64,000 nt of DNA from NCBI RefSeq assembly GCF_001194135.2, contig NC_068982.1, positions 20,240,901 through 20,304,900 on the forward strand. The letters are read 5' to 3'. The notes under the pieces are model-generated. The model was not told the origin of the DNA. It did no database searches and saw nothing but the letters and a program-made list of their open reading frames with translations. Each line of letters begins with the position of its first letter. The first letter of the stretch is position 1. The stretch comes from Octopus bimaculoides (taxonomy: Eukaryota). Shown in pieces: positions 41,313-54,917 of this stretch. The position numbers were made by a program, and so were the translations under genes.

Positions 41313-43214
41313 GTACCGTCTTTTAAAACGCTAAATAATAACTTTTCGAATACGAGAACAATTGTTAAACAAATATTGAAGTACCGTTCCGGTTGGTATT
41401 TTACAGGAAATTAGGAAATCTCGAACGCAGGAGAATAACCTTGAAAATAGCTTTTAGATTTTCCTCATTATCTATCACCGCTCTTGGGGCTTTAATGTTT
41501 GTTTATAAAAACTGTTATTACATTCCAAAAGCTATTATTAAGTTATATGAAAGACAATATCTTTTTCAGAGTTTGTTTAGCTTAATGGTACGGAATGTTC
41601 TGCCAGAATTAGGAGCATACAGAGTTCGATTCTTTATAGCGACTTACTGGCTACAATTTCCCCGTATGTAGAAGGTGCCTTTTACAGAAACTCTTAAAAT
41701 CTGTTTTCACAAATATCTTCCTACGTTCGAGATTTCTCCAGTTCCTGATACATACATATACATATATANNNNNNNNNNTTTCTCACACTTTTATCCACTT
41801 CTCGACAGTTTCCCCAAATTGTGTTTCATTCTATTGCCCAGTCACTGGTCTATAATGTTACTGATAGTGTGGATACACGTTACTTTGAAAACTACTTAGC
41901 AGGAAATAAATATGAAGGGAATTATGTTTGATGTTTGTGTCATCAAACGATTCATGTTACAAGCATTCTGTGATAATGCGAATATTCGAATGTAAACTAC
42001 ACGTCGAAAGTTCATCCAATATAATATTGTCTGTCATATACTATAATATTAACATACATCACCCAACGTGCATATAAATAAATGAAAAAAATTCAGATGA
42101 TCAAAGAAATGTGTTTATTAGCTATGTCATCTTTCGTGTTAGGTTTTGCAGTGATTATTTGAAATTGTATTAAAAAATATATTCATTGAAATGTATTTCT
42201 ATTAAAAATTATGTAATATCTATCCGAATAAATTAAAATAAGCTGTGTGATTGTCGTATCCACGGAAATAACAATGTATTGGTGTTTTTTTTTTCAAAAA
42301 TTAGTTTAATATGTCTATTTAATGAGCATTAAATATTGTGAAATGAATTGAATAGTTCACCATTTCTCCTGTCTCTAATGCATAGCATATATGATTGTTA
42401 ACTGTATTGGGAAATTATATGTATCCAGTGCTCTTCTGTGAATAGTTATAAGTTGAATACTTTGAAGTATATTGTAATGTGTAGTTTAGTATACCAAGAA
42501 AATAAATAAAGTATCTATGCTAATCGAAATGGAATAGTGTGATAATAACGTAATATTTAAGACAGGAAACTGATCGCTACGGGCCTGCCGATTATGTGAA
42601 GCAGAAGAAAAAAGTCGTAAAACGTTGGCTGTTTATTCGGCAAATTATACTAAGAAAATATGTAATTTCTTCAGATTGAACATATACTACCAAGTTAGCT
42701 TATATAATATATATAAGCATATAGATGTGTGTGTGTGTGTGTGTGAGTGTGCGTGCGTGTGTACGTGCGTGCGTGTGTGTGTGTGTGTATGCGTTTGTGT
42801 GTGCTTATGTGCACACACACATACATACATGCCTATATGCGCCTGCTGAATTTAACGTTATTTTATGTCTCGTTTTGTCAGAAGCAGCTTGACATATTGA
42901 TGAACAGTCAACTACGTTGGAGAGCATAATGATTAAAGTAAAGTTAGATTAAACTAAAGTTGCAGTTGAGACAAAATTAGGTGGAATTCATCCGATTACT
43001 GGGAAAAACAAAAGTATCTGTGTCATGATGATTCACGTCGAGTGTCAAAATGCCAACCTCATGAGTGATCCTCAATGTTTTGTGAACACAGCAAAGGATT
43101 AAAGACAGGATATGAAGTTCTGCAATGGAGTCCATGATGTTGTAACCAGCGAGGAGGTATGCAGGAGTTATTCTGACTGCATCCACAAGCTGGAATTTAT
43201 CCAAGAACTGATGA

Positions 43215-43770
43215 ACAGAGCAGGGCCTTAAACTCAATCCAGATGGCTATGGAAATCAGATGAACATTGTGGTTAAACTTTGATTGAAGAGGGTTGCTCC
43301 TGTCGGGATTTGACCACATGTGTGGAAGGCCACGTGTGTGACAGCAGAATTCGTCTCTTTGCCATACTTCCAGAAAATGTCAGAAGTGGTTGTCGGCGAA
43401 TTTATCCGACTTTACCAGCTCCTATTTCTGGCCTCCAAAATTCGACAATTGCAATACCATGGATTACTATGTGTGACGCACAGTTGAAAAACACACCAAT
43501 CATATCGCCCGGAACACAGAGGCCTTGCTAGTGGCCAAGATTAACGAGGCATTCGAAGATCTACTAACGTACTCGGCGAGGAGCGCATGCACTAGGTTCC
43601 GGAGAAGTCTCGAGAACATGGTGGAAGGTGAGGGCAGCTACTTTGAGTAATCTGTTATCTCCTACCCATTATCCACTGAAAATGTTTCGAATATCTAAAT
43701 ACTTTTACTTTTGTGTGGAATATTGTATTTTCTTTTCCTTTTTATAGAAACTCTCAAATTTAGGCCACGA
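43215..43770 (+). mobile_element. Tc1/mariner superfamily, maT (DD37D) transposase 3' fragment
   Basis: QQNSSLCHTSRKCQKWLSAN...FWPPKFDNCNTMDYYV*...RFRRSLENMVEGEGSYFE* (stop at 43648-50). There are 37 residues between the decayed second D position and the third D. Confidence 0.85.
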
Positions 43771-44765
43771 GGATGACTCGATCGTAGTTTCTGTTTACTA
43801 GACGTTATCCGTTGTTCCGTAGAATATTATACTTATTAAAGCATTTTGCAGAGATTATCTTTTGAGTGGTCTTAGTAGAAAGTTGAAGCATCTGTTTACG
43901 CAGGGAATGATACAAATGTAAAGAAAGAAGTTGTGTGTTTGTAGGATGCTGGTTGAGAGAAAGAGCTGGTTTGATATTAAAAAATTGGTTAATTTTCAAG
44001 GTATAGGCAACCTTGTAAGTAAACAAATGTTTCGTATTCACATCACAATTTGTGCATTCGAAGTCTTCTTTCTTGCAACTAATGAAGAGTCTTTGTGTAT
44101 AACTATGGTTTTGGATCATCTTCGAAATTGCAAAACAAAGCTTGTAGAAAATAAGTAGTAGGAAATAAGTCAGAGATCATTAAGACATTAGATATTGGAT
44201 ACTGGGGTGGTTTGAACAAAAATGAAAGGTAAAAAATAGAGATATAACATTAGCTGAACAACAACGGGATAATAGAATACGATGAATCTGAAAATGTGTT
44301 TGGTTATATATTCAGAGAGAAATATGGAAAACGCAAGTGAAGTACATAACATAGAAGAGTAACAGAGTAGTTGATAGCACTGAGATTGCGGGGTAGTGAG
44401 ACATATGTGAAGCAAAGGAAATTTAAGATTCCGAAGGAAAAGGAATAAAAAAAATAACGAGACATGAACAAAAAGTTTTCATGAGAACAAATCTTATTTA
44501 TACACTATGCTTGCTTCTGCAATATATTTCTCTGTGCATATACATAGATATACACTTATACAGCCACACAAACACCACACAAACACACACACACACACAC
44601 ATGCACGCATAGCCACACATACACACACAGACACACACACACATATATATATATATATAAACTTATTTTCTTACAATTATACACAAGTACACATTCATAT
44701 ATATATATGTGTGTGTGTGAATGTGTGCGTGTGCGTGCGCGAGTGCATGTATGCTTGTGTGTGTG

Positions 44766-44812
<47 letters not shown>

Positions 44813-47800
44813 GTTAATATATGTAAATGTTATACAAAGTGATGTATATCATTGAAAACATTTGGTGCATAAAACATTAAACGGCATTTCCATTTATCTG
44901 CCAGTTATTTTACTTGAAGCCTTTGAATGTGGGAGAAACACATCCATGGCTTCAATATTTATATCATACAGATCCACATAAATTTCCTTCGTCGGTTAGC
45001 ACAGTGAGAGTTGTTAAAACGCTTCAGATGTCAATTTATATTGACAATACATTATATTATTAAGTATTTAGCCTTCAGGGGAAAGTAGAAACTTTCAGAA
45101 TTAAGATGTACACATTTGAATGCCTCAGAACTCTGATTGCTACAGCTTACACACAAATAGATTAAAGTTCACACTCATATGACAATCATTATATAACTTC
45201 TGTGACTTCTCAACTCTGAATGCAATTATCACATTGATATATAATGATTAAAGGAAATCAGATATCATCTGCTAACATTCAGTAATGGAGTCCTTCTATA
45301 TGCATGGATGCATATAATACAATTTGAAGATTAAGTATTTTTCAAACAATCGATCAGTTTGCAAATCACAAAGTTGCTTCTAATAGTTATATCAAAGTAT
45401 AGGAGAAATCGTGCAAAAACCGAGGTAAGAGGTCGTTCTTAATGCATTATTATAACTAATTTTCGGTATAATGGTGTGCAAATTATAAAATCAAATCAGT
45501 GTCTAAATTACTTAATCTATATGTTTCAAACTTGTTTAGTCGTGTACATATATTTATCTCGATGGAGACTTTTGAATGAGCCATAAGGTTTTTCATGTCA
45601 ACTATGTCTGACCTCCTCCAATGTAAAACGTTATTTAATTAAACGAAAATGTTATTGTCTCTGTGATATTGTGAAATAAAGCATTTTATACTGAATAATA
45701 TCTTTGTTTCTGCTTATTCTCCTAGGCTATATGTTTCTACATCATACATTTATTGCTATCTCTAAATCAATGATCTTACTAGCAGTGACTAATACAATAT
45801 GTTAAAATAATTTAGAGTCACGTAGTAATAAAAAGGAGAGATACATTGCTTCTACGGTTATTGCTTTTGTTGTATTCAAATTCTTTTAATAACGCAACCG
45901 CATGATATCAACAGGATAGAATGACGTGCACACAACTAGTTTCACATTTAATTAAGTCTCTTGTGAGTAATTTACCAACATAAATGTTGATCAAATGCAA
46001 ATGACTATGACACCGAATGACAACAGACGTACAATAGTTACTTTATCACTTTGAAATAAATGATGTTCATTTCTCCCGACGTGTTTTCCATATAGTTATG
46101 ACGTAGTACAATAAATGGTTATGCTTGCAGATAAAGGTGCAGTGATGAAACAGCATGTATCTTGTCATATAAAAATATTCTTAGTGTATCAACAGCACGT
46201 TGACTATGAAATAGATATTGTTAGAAAGTTTATTTCAAATACATAATCGTCACCATTTTCTTTGTACTAAGGGAAAAGCACAAAGAAAACATTAGGGCGA
46301 ATCCCTTCTATGTCTACGGACAAATAAATCTTTTAAACAAAATCTGTAATCATATCAATGATTGCTTTAAGAAATGCATTAAAATTGATAGAATGATGTA
46401 GAGAAATACTTGGCATCTCACATTTTATCAGCGTCACACAATATAATGTAGATGTACGACAGCATGTTAAACAGGCTTCAATGCTTTCTCGAGGAGAATT
46501 TCGTTGAATAGTTAAGAGCGAAAGTGTATGCGTTGGACACTAAGAATGAAAGTTATTACTGGATCCCTCATAACAGTGTCGAAACATTTCAGGTACCGAA
46601 TTTATTGTGGAATAAGAAGGCTTCTTCAATGTTACAAGTAAAATTGGAAAATCATGAACAAGTGCATACATAGATATATTTCATTTGCGCTCCATGTATG
46701 GAATGATTAAATGCTTTAGTAATAAAAATGTGAAAAATATGAAAATATGAAAATTTTGCAGGCACATAGTGTGGATTTAATGAACATTTTATTTATGGGT
46801 ATCCAATTATGAAAGATGTTTTCACAATTGATAACTGTGGATATTGCTATGTAACGAGAAAGATTAATTAAATAAATAGGGAAAGTAATTTTTATTTTGT
46901 GAGTATTCGTTCAACGCAGCACTGAGAACTGAACTATAATAACCTTTAATATAGATAAAATTCTTCATATCAGGACATTCATGTAGCTGTTAATAAATAT
47001 TAGTTTACATTATCGTGTATAAATAAATAAGATATAAGGCAAAATAATTTAAAATGCATTGTAACCGTTTTATGTTACTCATTCCTCTTTTGCTATTCTA
47101 TTAATGACATAGTACAGATTTGAAATTAGAAACATTGCGATTAAATGTATTTAATGAGTTTTTGACAATAAAACTTTTTAACTCTTTCCGTAAATCATTT
47201 TAAGGTAATTAATGTAAAAGCCACAAGACTAGTTTACATATTGAAAATTCAAATTATATTTATAATATATGTTCGTTGGTGATTCTGAAGGTCTTATTAA
47301 ATTCAATATTTCATTATTGTATCTCAGTAAGTGAGCTTTCGAGAAGAGAATCCGATGTAGATATCGAAGAATCTCTTTAAATAAATCACTTCCGTTTTCG
47401 GATACTTATTTCTTCAACACTGCAGTGGTAAATGCGTCTCTAATTCTGATCTCCACACTATATTAAATGTATCTCAAAAGACAAAATATATTAAATGTGA
47501 ACCTGTATGTCCGATCCAATATATTGAAATCGTTGTATTGACGTCATTATTCTCTAAATCATTATCTTAACAGGCATAATATTGAAACATATCTTTATAG
47601 TTGTTCAAGGTCTCATTTGCAAATGTAAATCATGCCCATTATTGATTTATATATTCTACTCAAACTATGATGGATTAATAATAATGTTTTTGGCATTCCA
47701 AGCATTACAACATTACTGGCAAATCGAAATTAGTTTTTCCAGCAAAGTAAGGAAGGCGTAATTTTTTGTATATTTATGCTCTCACCCAGCGATACAAGCA

Positions 47801-47841
47801 CATATGAACACATATAAATATAAGCTTATTTTTTGTGCATT

Positions 47842-47925
<84 letters not shown>

Positions 47926-48784
47926 CCTGCTTCTCTGTGTTTCTGTCTGTCTGTTTGTCAATCTATCTATAATTTACATATGCAAATATATACATCGAGA
48001 AAATGAATATGAGAGGAAAGATTTATCATATATGTATTGAACTGTGGACACACTTTTATGTGTTTGAATTATATATAAGCATCGGGACAGAGGCAGGAAA
48101 GAGAGTTAGAGAAAACCTTATTTTCTAATTATAATTCACACAATATTCTATTCACAAAAAAAGACCTTACTCGGCAACATGATATATTCCTTGCAATGTT
48201 AACATTCTTAGTGCTAACATTTACAGTTGTCGTGGAAAAAAAAAATATTCATCAGATTCTGGATGTAAGAGTTTTGCAGAAAATTAGAAGATGCGTTTGG
48301 GTACTTGCATTAGATTTCTTCAATTCTAGGGAGATCTATCTTTCCTCTAGGCAATGAAAACCTAGTTATTCCGTAGAGCAACCCTCTACAAGTGCCAACT
48401 ATATATCCACGAAATCACAATCAATTTATTCTGCCAATGTATAACAGATGTTTATTTTACTTTCTTCAGCTTTGTATTTATTACAAATGTATAATATAAG
48501 AAGTATTCGCAATAAACCTATAAATATTTTAGTGGTGCATCATTGAAAGCCTGTGAATTGTCGATACTGACAAAACCCGGAGGGCAGAATGCGCGTTTTA
48601 ACAATGTCACTACCGCAGCTGCACAACCTTCATCTGCTAATGGTATATTTTTCTGTATTTTTTGTTTTCTTCTTTCACACCGTACGTCAGTGAAAGATAT
48701 CTCAGGGCGAATACTGCAAATAATTAGGCTTTAATATAATACACAGTTTACAATTTTACTATTTCAAACTAATACTACTTCTGT

Positions 48785-49500
48785 TAGCTCCTCGTAGAAG
48801 GCCACATCTTATTTGTGTATAAAAGAGCAGCTAGGAGGGTGCTACTGAAGTCTGGCACGCGTGGGATTGACTAGTTTTGTTTTGAGAAAATCCTTTATTA
48901 AGTTAAATATCTTCCCTCCTGTCATTGTACTCTTTGATATTTCAGCATCCATATCTCGGCGCATATTCACTGTTTGCCCTAACTTGGCATAATCTTTTAC
49001 CTCGTCGATTTCATCATTTTCCACCTCTATTCGGCCTTATACTACGTCTTCTGACCGCATTTACTTTGTTTTCATGCGGTTCGTTCTAAGACGTATTGCT
49101 TGGCTCTGAGTGTCCAGCACTGTCAGCAGCTGGTCTGAGGTTTCAGTGACGAGCACAATATCAACTCTGTATTGGAGGTGTGTTAGTTCTCACCATTGAT
49201 GTTCACAGCACTTGTTCAATGTTCTTGATGAACATGTCCAGGCATGTAATAAAAAATGCTTTGGAGACATAGTGTCCCCTTGACTGAGCATCTTAGAACA
49301 GATTGATGTATTGCACCTCGATACTTTGCATTTCCAGAGATTGCAACACACACTACGTTAATCTTGAGGCTATCGTATGTATTTTCATATTCAACAAATG
49401 CAACACACTGAGAAAGCTGCTTGCAAATCTTATAGCCATCAGACTATCAAAGCATCTCGAAGACAAAACAACCGAGAAACTAAGTAGGCTTCCATAAGAA
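48785..49500 (-). mobile_element. RTE-clade LINE reverse transcriptase fragment, decayed
   Basis: Minus-strand CVAFVEYENTYDSLKIN (FVDYEKAFDS-like), a QGDTMSP-like motif, EIDEVKDYAKLGQTVNMRRDMDAEIS and ALLYTNKMW (LYGSETW-like). Confidence 0.8.
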
Positions 49501-49729
49501 ATATAGCACGATCATCAACATATTCATTTTAACACAATTCATAAAACGAGTGAAGGAATGTGCGTATATATATNNNNNNNNNNNNNNNNNNNNNNNNNNN
49601 NNNNNNNNNNNNNNNNNNNNNNNNNNNNNNNNNNNNNNNNNNNNNNNNNNNNNNNNNNNNNNNNNNNNNNNNNNNNNNNNNNNNNNNNNNNNNNNNNNNN
49701 NNNNNNNNNNNNNNNNNNNNNNNNNNNNA

Positions 49730-49887
49730 AATATGGTATAATTGTAAACAGGGCAAATTTTATTCACTTCTCTGTCAATTGAAAAAGTGATGAGCAACCT
49801 TAATTGATTTTCGAACGTTATTGGGTTCTCATCAGAGGCGTCCACACCTTACTGACAGTCTCGCGAGAAACAAGCAGCCAAACTCTT

Positions 49888-49922
<35 letters not shown>

Positions 49923-50361
49923 ATGTGTGTGTGTGTGTATGTGTGTGCGTGTGTGTGTGTGTATGTATGTATGTGTGTGTGTGTGTATGTGTGTGTGTGT
50001 GTGTGTGTGTGTAACATTGTTTAATTATAAACGGAAAATTTTTGCTATTTCTTTGCAGACTGAAAAAGAAAGTGATGAACAATCTTAAGCGATTTTCGAA
50101 CATTATCCGGTTTTCAGCAGAGGAATCAACACTCTTTTGACAATTTCTAGTGTAACAAGCTGCCAAACCGTTTATATACTCAACAAATGCAGCAGCTACT
50201 CTATGAAGGAGTACCTAATTTCCATACCGAAAGTGTTTATCACTCTATAAATAGAAACAGCCTCTCAATGGGGATCTTAGTCCACACAGTATCAAGGTAT
50301 GATATAATATATATGAACCATTTGGTATAATTATAAACAGGGAAAATTTTTGCCATTTCTC
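49730..50361. repeat. Diverged direct repeats, periods 283 and 306 bp
   Basis: 49730-49890 is similar to 50018-50175, with a partial third copy at 50319-50361. The first spacer is a (TG)n tract. Confidence 0.8.
49797..49852 (-). ncRNA. Degenerate hammerhead ribozyme-like motif
   Basis: The minus strand reads GUA-AGGUG-UGGA-CGCCU-CUGAUGA-GAAC-CCAAUAAC-GUUC-GAAA-AUCAAU-UA-AGGU. The core, a 4-bp helix II closed by G-C, and a helix I are present. Helix III is weak, with A instead of C at 15.2. Confidence 0.4.
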
Positions 50362-51298
50362 TTATTATGTTATATTTTTATAAGAATATGATATAATATC
50401 ATGTTAAATTTTAATTTTTGAATTTTTAATTGTTATATATATATACATTTTCTATTCATTTATATATATATATATATATNNNNNNNNNNNNNNNNNNNNN
50501 NNNNNNNNNNNNNNNNNNNNNNNNNNNNNNNNNNNNNNNNNNNNNNNNNNNNNNNNNNNNNNNNNNNNNNNNNNNNNNNNNNNNNNNNNNNNNNNNNNNN
50601 NNNNNNNNNNNNNNNNNNNNNNNNNNNNNNNNNNNNNNNNNNNNNNNNNNNNNNNNNNNNNNNNNNNNNNNNNNNNNNNNNNNNNNNNNNNNNNNNNNNN
50701 NNNNNNNNNNNNNNNNNNNNNNNNNNNNNNNNNNNNNNNNNNNNNNNNNNNNNNNNNNNNNNNNNNNNNNNNNNNNNNNNNNNNNNNNNNNNNNNNNNNN
50801 NNNNNNNNNNNNNNNNNNNNNNNNNNNNNNNNNNNNNNNNNNNNNNNNNNNNNNNNNNNNNNNNNNNNNNNNNNNNNNNNNNNNNNNNNNNNNNNNNNNN
50901 NNNNNNNNNNNNNNNNNNNNNNNNNNNNNNNNNNNNNNNNNNNNNNNNNNNNNNNNNNNNNNNNNNNNNNNNNNNNNNNNNNNNNNNNNNNNNNNNNNNN
51001 NNNNNNNNNNNNNNNNNNNNNNNNNNNNNNNNNNNNNNNNNNNNNNNNNNNNNNNNNNNNNNNNNNNNNNNNNNNNATATATATTCATACACACATACGC
51101 CTGCACGTACACATACATACACACACATACATATATAACATTATTAGAATTAATAATAATATGTGCAACAATTTATGTAACCACAAAATTATCAGTATAA
51201 TCCAAATTTGTGAAATTCTCATTGAACATCTGAAAAAAATAGCTGTTAAAGAATGCTAACAAAATTGAACGTGCGACATTTATTTATTAAACCAAGAG

Positions 51299-51578
51299 TG
51301 ACGTCATTGAATAACGAATTTTATTTATAAAAGTAAAATATAAAAATAACATAGTAATTCCACATTTTTTGACAAAAACCTAACGTAGAAAACGTAGATG
51401 ACGTCACTGGATATGTAAAGTGATGCCATCAAGTTAAATAGATGAATGTATACTCGTTTTCTACTGTAGATTTATTTTTTATGTAGATTTCAAATTGTCA
51501 AAATATATGAAATTAGTATGGTAGTTTTATATTTTATTTTTATAAATTAAATTAGTTATTCTATGACGTCGCTATTGG
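51299..51578. promoter_or_regulatory. Cluster of CRE-like palindromes next to an inverted CCAAT motif
   Basis: TGACGTCA at 51299 and 51399, TGACGTCG at 51564, ATTGG at 51574. Confidence 0.25.
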
Positions 51579-51903
51579 TTGAACGAATAGACGTCTAAAG
51601 TTAAATTTCGTTTGGTGTTTCTTTTTGTTAGCGTTTTCTTACAGTTATAACTATTTCAGATATTCAGGCTGTGTTTACCTGTCGTACATAAGAATTTACA
51701 TGGGATTTGTATCTTACTTACATTTTACTGGTATCTACTTGTTGGAAATTTAACCTTACTCAGTGCTTACCTGATATTTTCCACATTTTAATCGCATTTT
51801 TTCCACATACATACATACATACATACATACAGAGATACATACACACACACACGCACACACACACAAACACACACGCACAAAAAAAACACACACACACATA
51901 CAA

Positions 51904-51935
<32 letters not shown>

Positions 51936-52762
51936 TTGTATATACATAGATATAAGTATTTATCTATAGTGTAGTATTCTTTGATTTTATTCGTCAAGGG
52001 AGGGTTTTAATTTCATCTATCATGTAGTATACGAAACATTTAACGAAATAGATAAAGGCAGATAATTACACGATAATTACAACATACATGTGTTATTCAG
52101 TGCTATTCTACGTTGCTTTTTGTTATATGAAATAGTACAAGCTAACGCTCAATGCAAGAATCAATCTTCAGGTATTCCATCTTTTACTTTCAGTGTGTAT
52201 GCTAGATAACATCTACCTATTGAAAACAGCTGCCTGCTTCGTATTTAAATAGTTATTTAAAAACGCATTTAATTTATTGTTGAAAATCAGATATTGTAAC
52301 AACATATTTAAATTTGTAAAATTCTGAAAATTTTGAATGTACCTACCATATGCTTCAAACACAAATATAACGTATACGTTATTTTGCATCGCGAATACCA
52401 ATTATGAATATATTACTTTGCCTGAAGAACGAAGCACTATTTTTTGAAACTACACATTACCTTTCAAACTCTTTTCAACGTTTCGAAAGATTAATGAGCA
52501 TGTATTCATTTTGTTCATAAATAGTTCTAATTTAATAAGAATGTTTTCAAATTTCAAAAGAATATGATTTATAATTTTAATTAGAAAGCCAATGTTTAGC
52601 AACAAGTTTGTTGCGAGAACAACATGTTAACAAATTTTAAACTAAAATGTGATTTATATTAAAATATGCATTGAACTTCATGAATTGTCAATGTTATCGA
52701 AAAGTGAAAACATAAACAACAGCAGCAATACAATAATAATGATGATGATGATGATGATGATG

Positions 52763-52801
<39 letters not shown>

Positions 52802-53148
52802 TTTTTGAGTAAACGAAAAGGAAATATGGAAGAAAAATATATCTAGAAGGACTTCATCTACGCTTTGAACGAATCGCTAAGAGGCTAGTGTAATCATTAA
52901 ATATATAGTTAAAATAGAATACGGAGAAAACGAGAAAGAGAAGTATTATAAATAAAACAAGATGCCTATGAAAATTGTCGATTAGATTTGCAGAGAATTA
53001 AAAACACTAGATTACATTTAACACTTAATTGTTGTTTTAGATGTCAAATCTCTATTTTAAAACAAAAATCATTGTACCGCAGTTCTTTTTAAACAATTTA
53101 TTTTCATGTATTTGTTCTAGTAGATTTGGCAATTTTGCATATTAAATT

Positions 53149-53177
53149 TCAACAACAACAACAACAACAACAACAAT

Positions 53178-53241
<64 letters not shown>

Positions 53242-53268
53242 GTTGCTGCTGCTGCTGATGATGATGTT
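53149..53268. repeat. Compound (CAA)(CTA)(CTG)(ATG) microsatellite
   Basis: Read directly. Confidence 0.95.
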
Positions 53269-53655
53269 GATGCTGCTAACTGTAATTCAGTTCCAGTTAA
53301 TCGACCTTTCACAACACTCGGTATTTCCTACGGGAACATGCAATAGACCAACGACCTGTGTATTGAACTCTATCTTTGTATCCTACACGCCATTTGCTTC
53401 TAACGTTAGGAGAGACACTTATCTCGAACCGAAATGTAGAACGACATCGTAGTCAATGAAAAACCGGACTTGATGCAGTTTTTCGCTTCTGCCTTCCAGT
53501 CCTGACTAATGATTCGTCGTGTTTTAGAGAATGCATTTGACCTATAATAAATACAACGTTAGTGTTTCACATAGACGAATGATCGAGGGCCATGTTTTCT
53601 CATTGCAAATCGCTCGCGATACTTATCTTATCGTTTCTTTTACGAAGTTTCTGCA

Positions 53656-53700
<45 letters not shown>

Positions 53701-53710
53701 NNNNNNNNNN

Positions 53711-53755
<45 letters not shown>

Positions 53756-54593
53756 GCCTTTTACTCCTTTTACTCGAACGCATTTTTAGATAAAAATTAA
53801 TGATTATACACAAATCACCCATTTTTCATTGTTGTAGTTTTACACACGTTTGTTAGTTGTCATACAACTAAAAGTGGTTGTTGCTGACAAAGTAGTGGAA
53901 TTTCTTTTGCTGGTGATAATGACAGGCAAGCAAAGCAAGGTCTGGTTGCCGCCATACGTCTCCACATTACAGTTATAGCTTCTGTATTTGTTGAGAGCAT
54001 AAGTTGTGACTGAAGCAGCGGTGAATGATTGTAAGGCGGTTGTGTTGGAAATAGTTGTCTTGCCCTTTCTCACCTGTTTGTTTCACTGTCTTTATTATCC
54101 CTTTCTCTTAAAAATTGTTGTTGTTGGGGTGACAAATAGACAAACGAATGAAAGGATTAACAGACTTTTAGGTTTTCACCTTTTATCGACTATCTATAAT
54201 AAGATATAAGTTCTTCTGCGATGAGCGGATCAACTTCATATTAGGTGTACAAGATTACGCGTTTTCATCTCATCTTTCCATTGAACCTTTTGCATGTTTT
54301 CAAAGAAGGCTGCTTTCACTTTGAGATACCCTTTTGTCCCCATCGTTACAGAGGATTTGCGTACTGGAATTATGAGGTATGCCCTCTGGCCGTTTAGTGT
54401 TTACTGTTGGTATTGTTATGGACGGGAGCGGTGGTTTTGGTGTATTACGCATTGGTATTGCTAGTGAGTGCGCTGACACACAAAATCTGATTGATATCGA
54501 CTGAGGATTGATAATGACCATGATTTCTGCTTGCTGTTGTTGTCTTTCTGGTGTCAGGGTTCCTCTGCAGAAAGCCCTTCACTATATGCTACT

Positions 54594-54917
54594 GAAGGAG
54601 CATGGCTTAGTGATTAGGGGAAATCGCCACTTGATTATAAGGTCATGAATTCGATTCCCGGTAACGCATTGTGTGCTTGAGGAAAACACTTTGTTTCACG
54701 TTGCTCCAGCCTACTCTGTTGGCAAAAATGACTGTACTTGGATTTCAAAGGGCCGCCCGCCTTATATCATTCTGTGTCACGCTGAATCTTCCTAAGAACT
54801 ACGTTAAGGGTACTCGTGTCTGTGGAGTGCTATCCACTTGCATGTTAAATTCACGAGAATGTTGTTCCATTGATCCGATCAACTGGAACCCTCACCATTG
54901 AAATCGATAGAGTGCCA
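54594..54917 (+). mobile_element. tRNA-derived SINE family 3, near full length
   Basis: A-box tggcttagtgattagg and B-box gaattcgattccc, then tgtgtgcttgaggaaaacactt (gtgtccttgagcaagacactt-like core). Confidence 0.75.

Noticed and set aside
54594-54670. tRNA gene
   Set aside because: A and B boxes are present, but there is no cloverleaf and the sequence continues into a SINE body.
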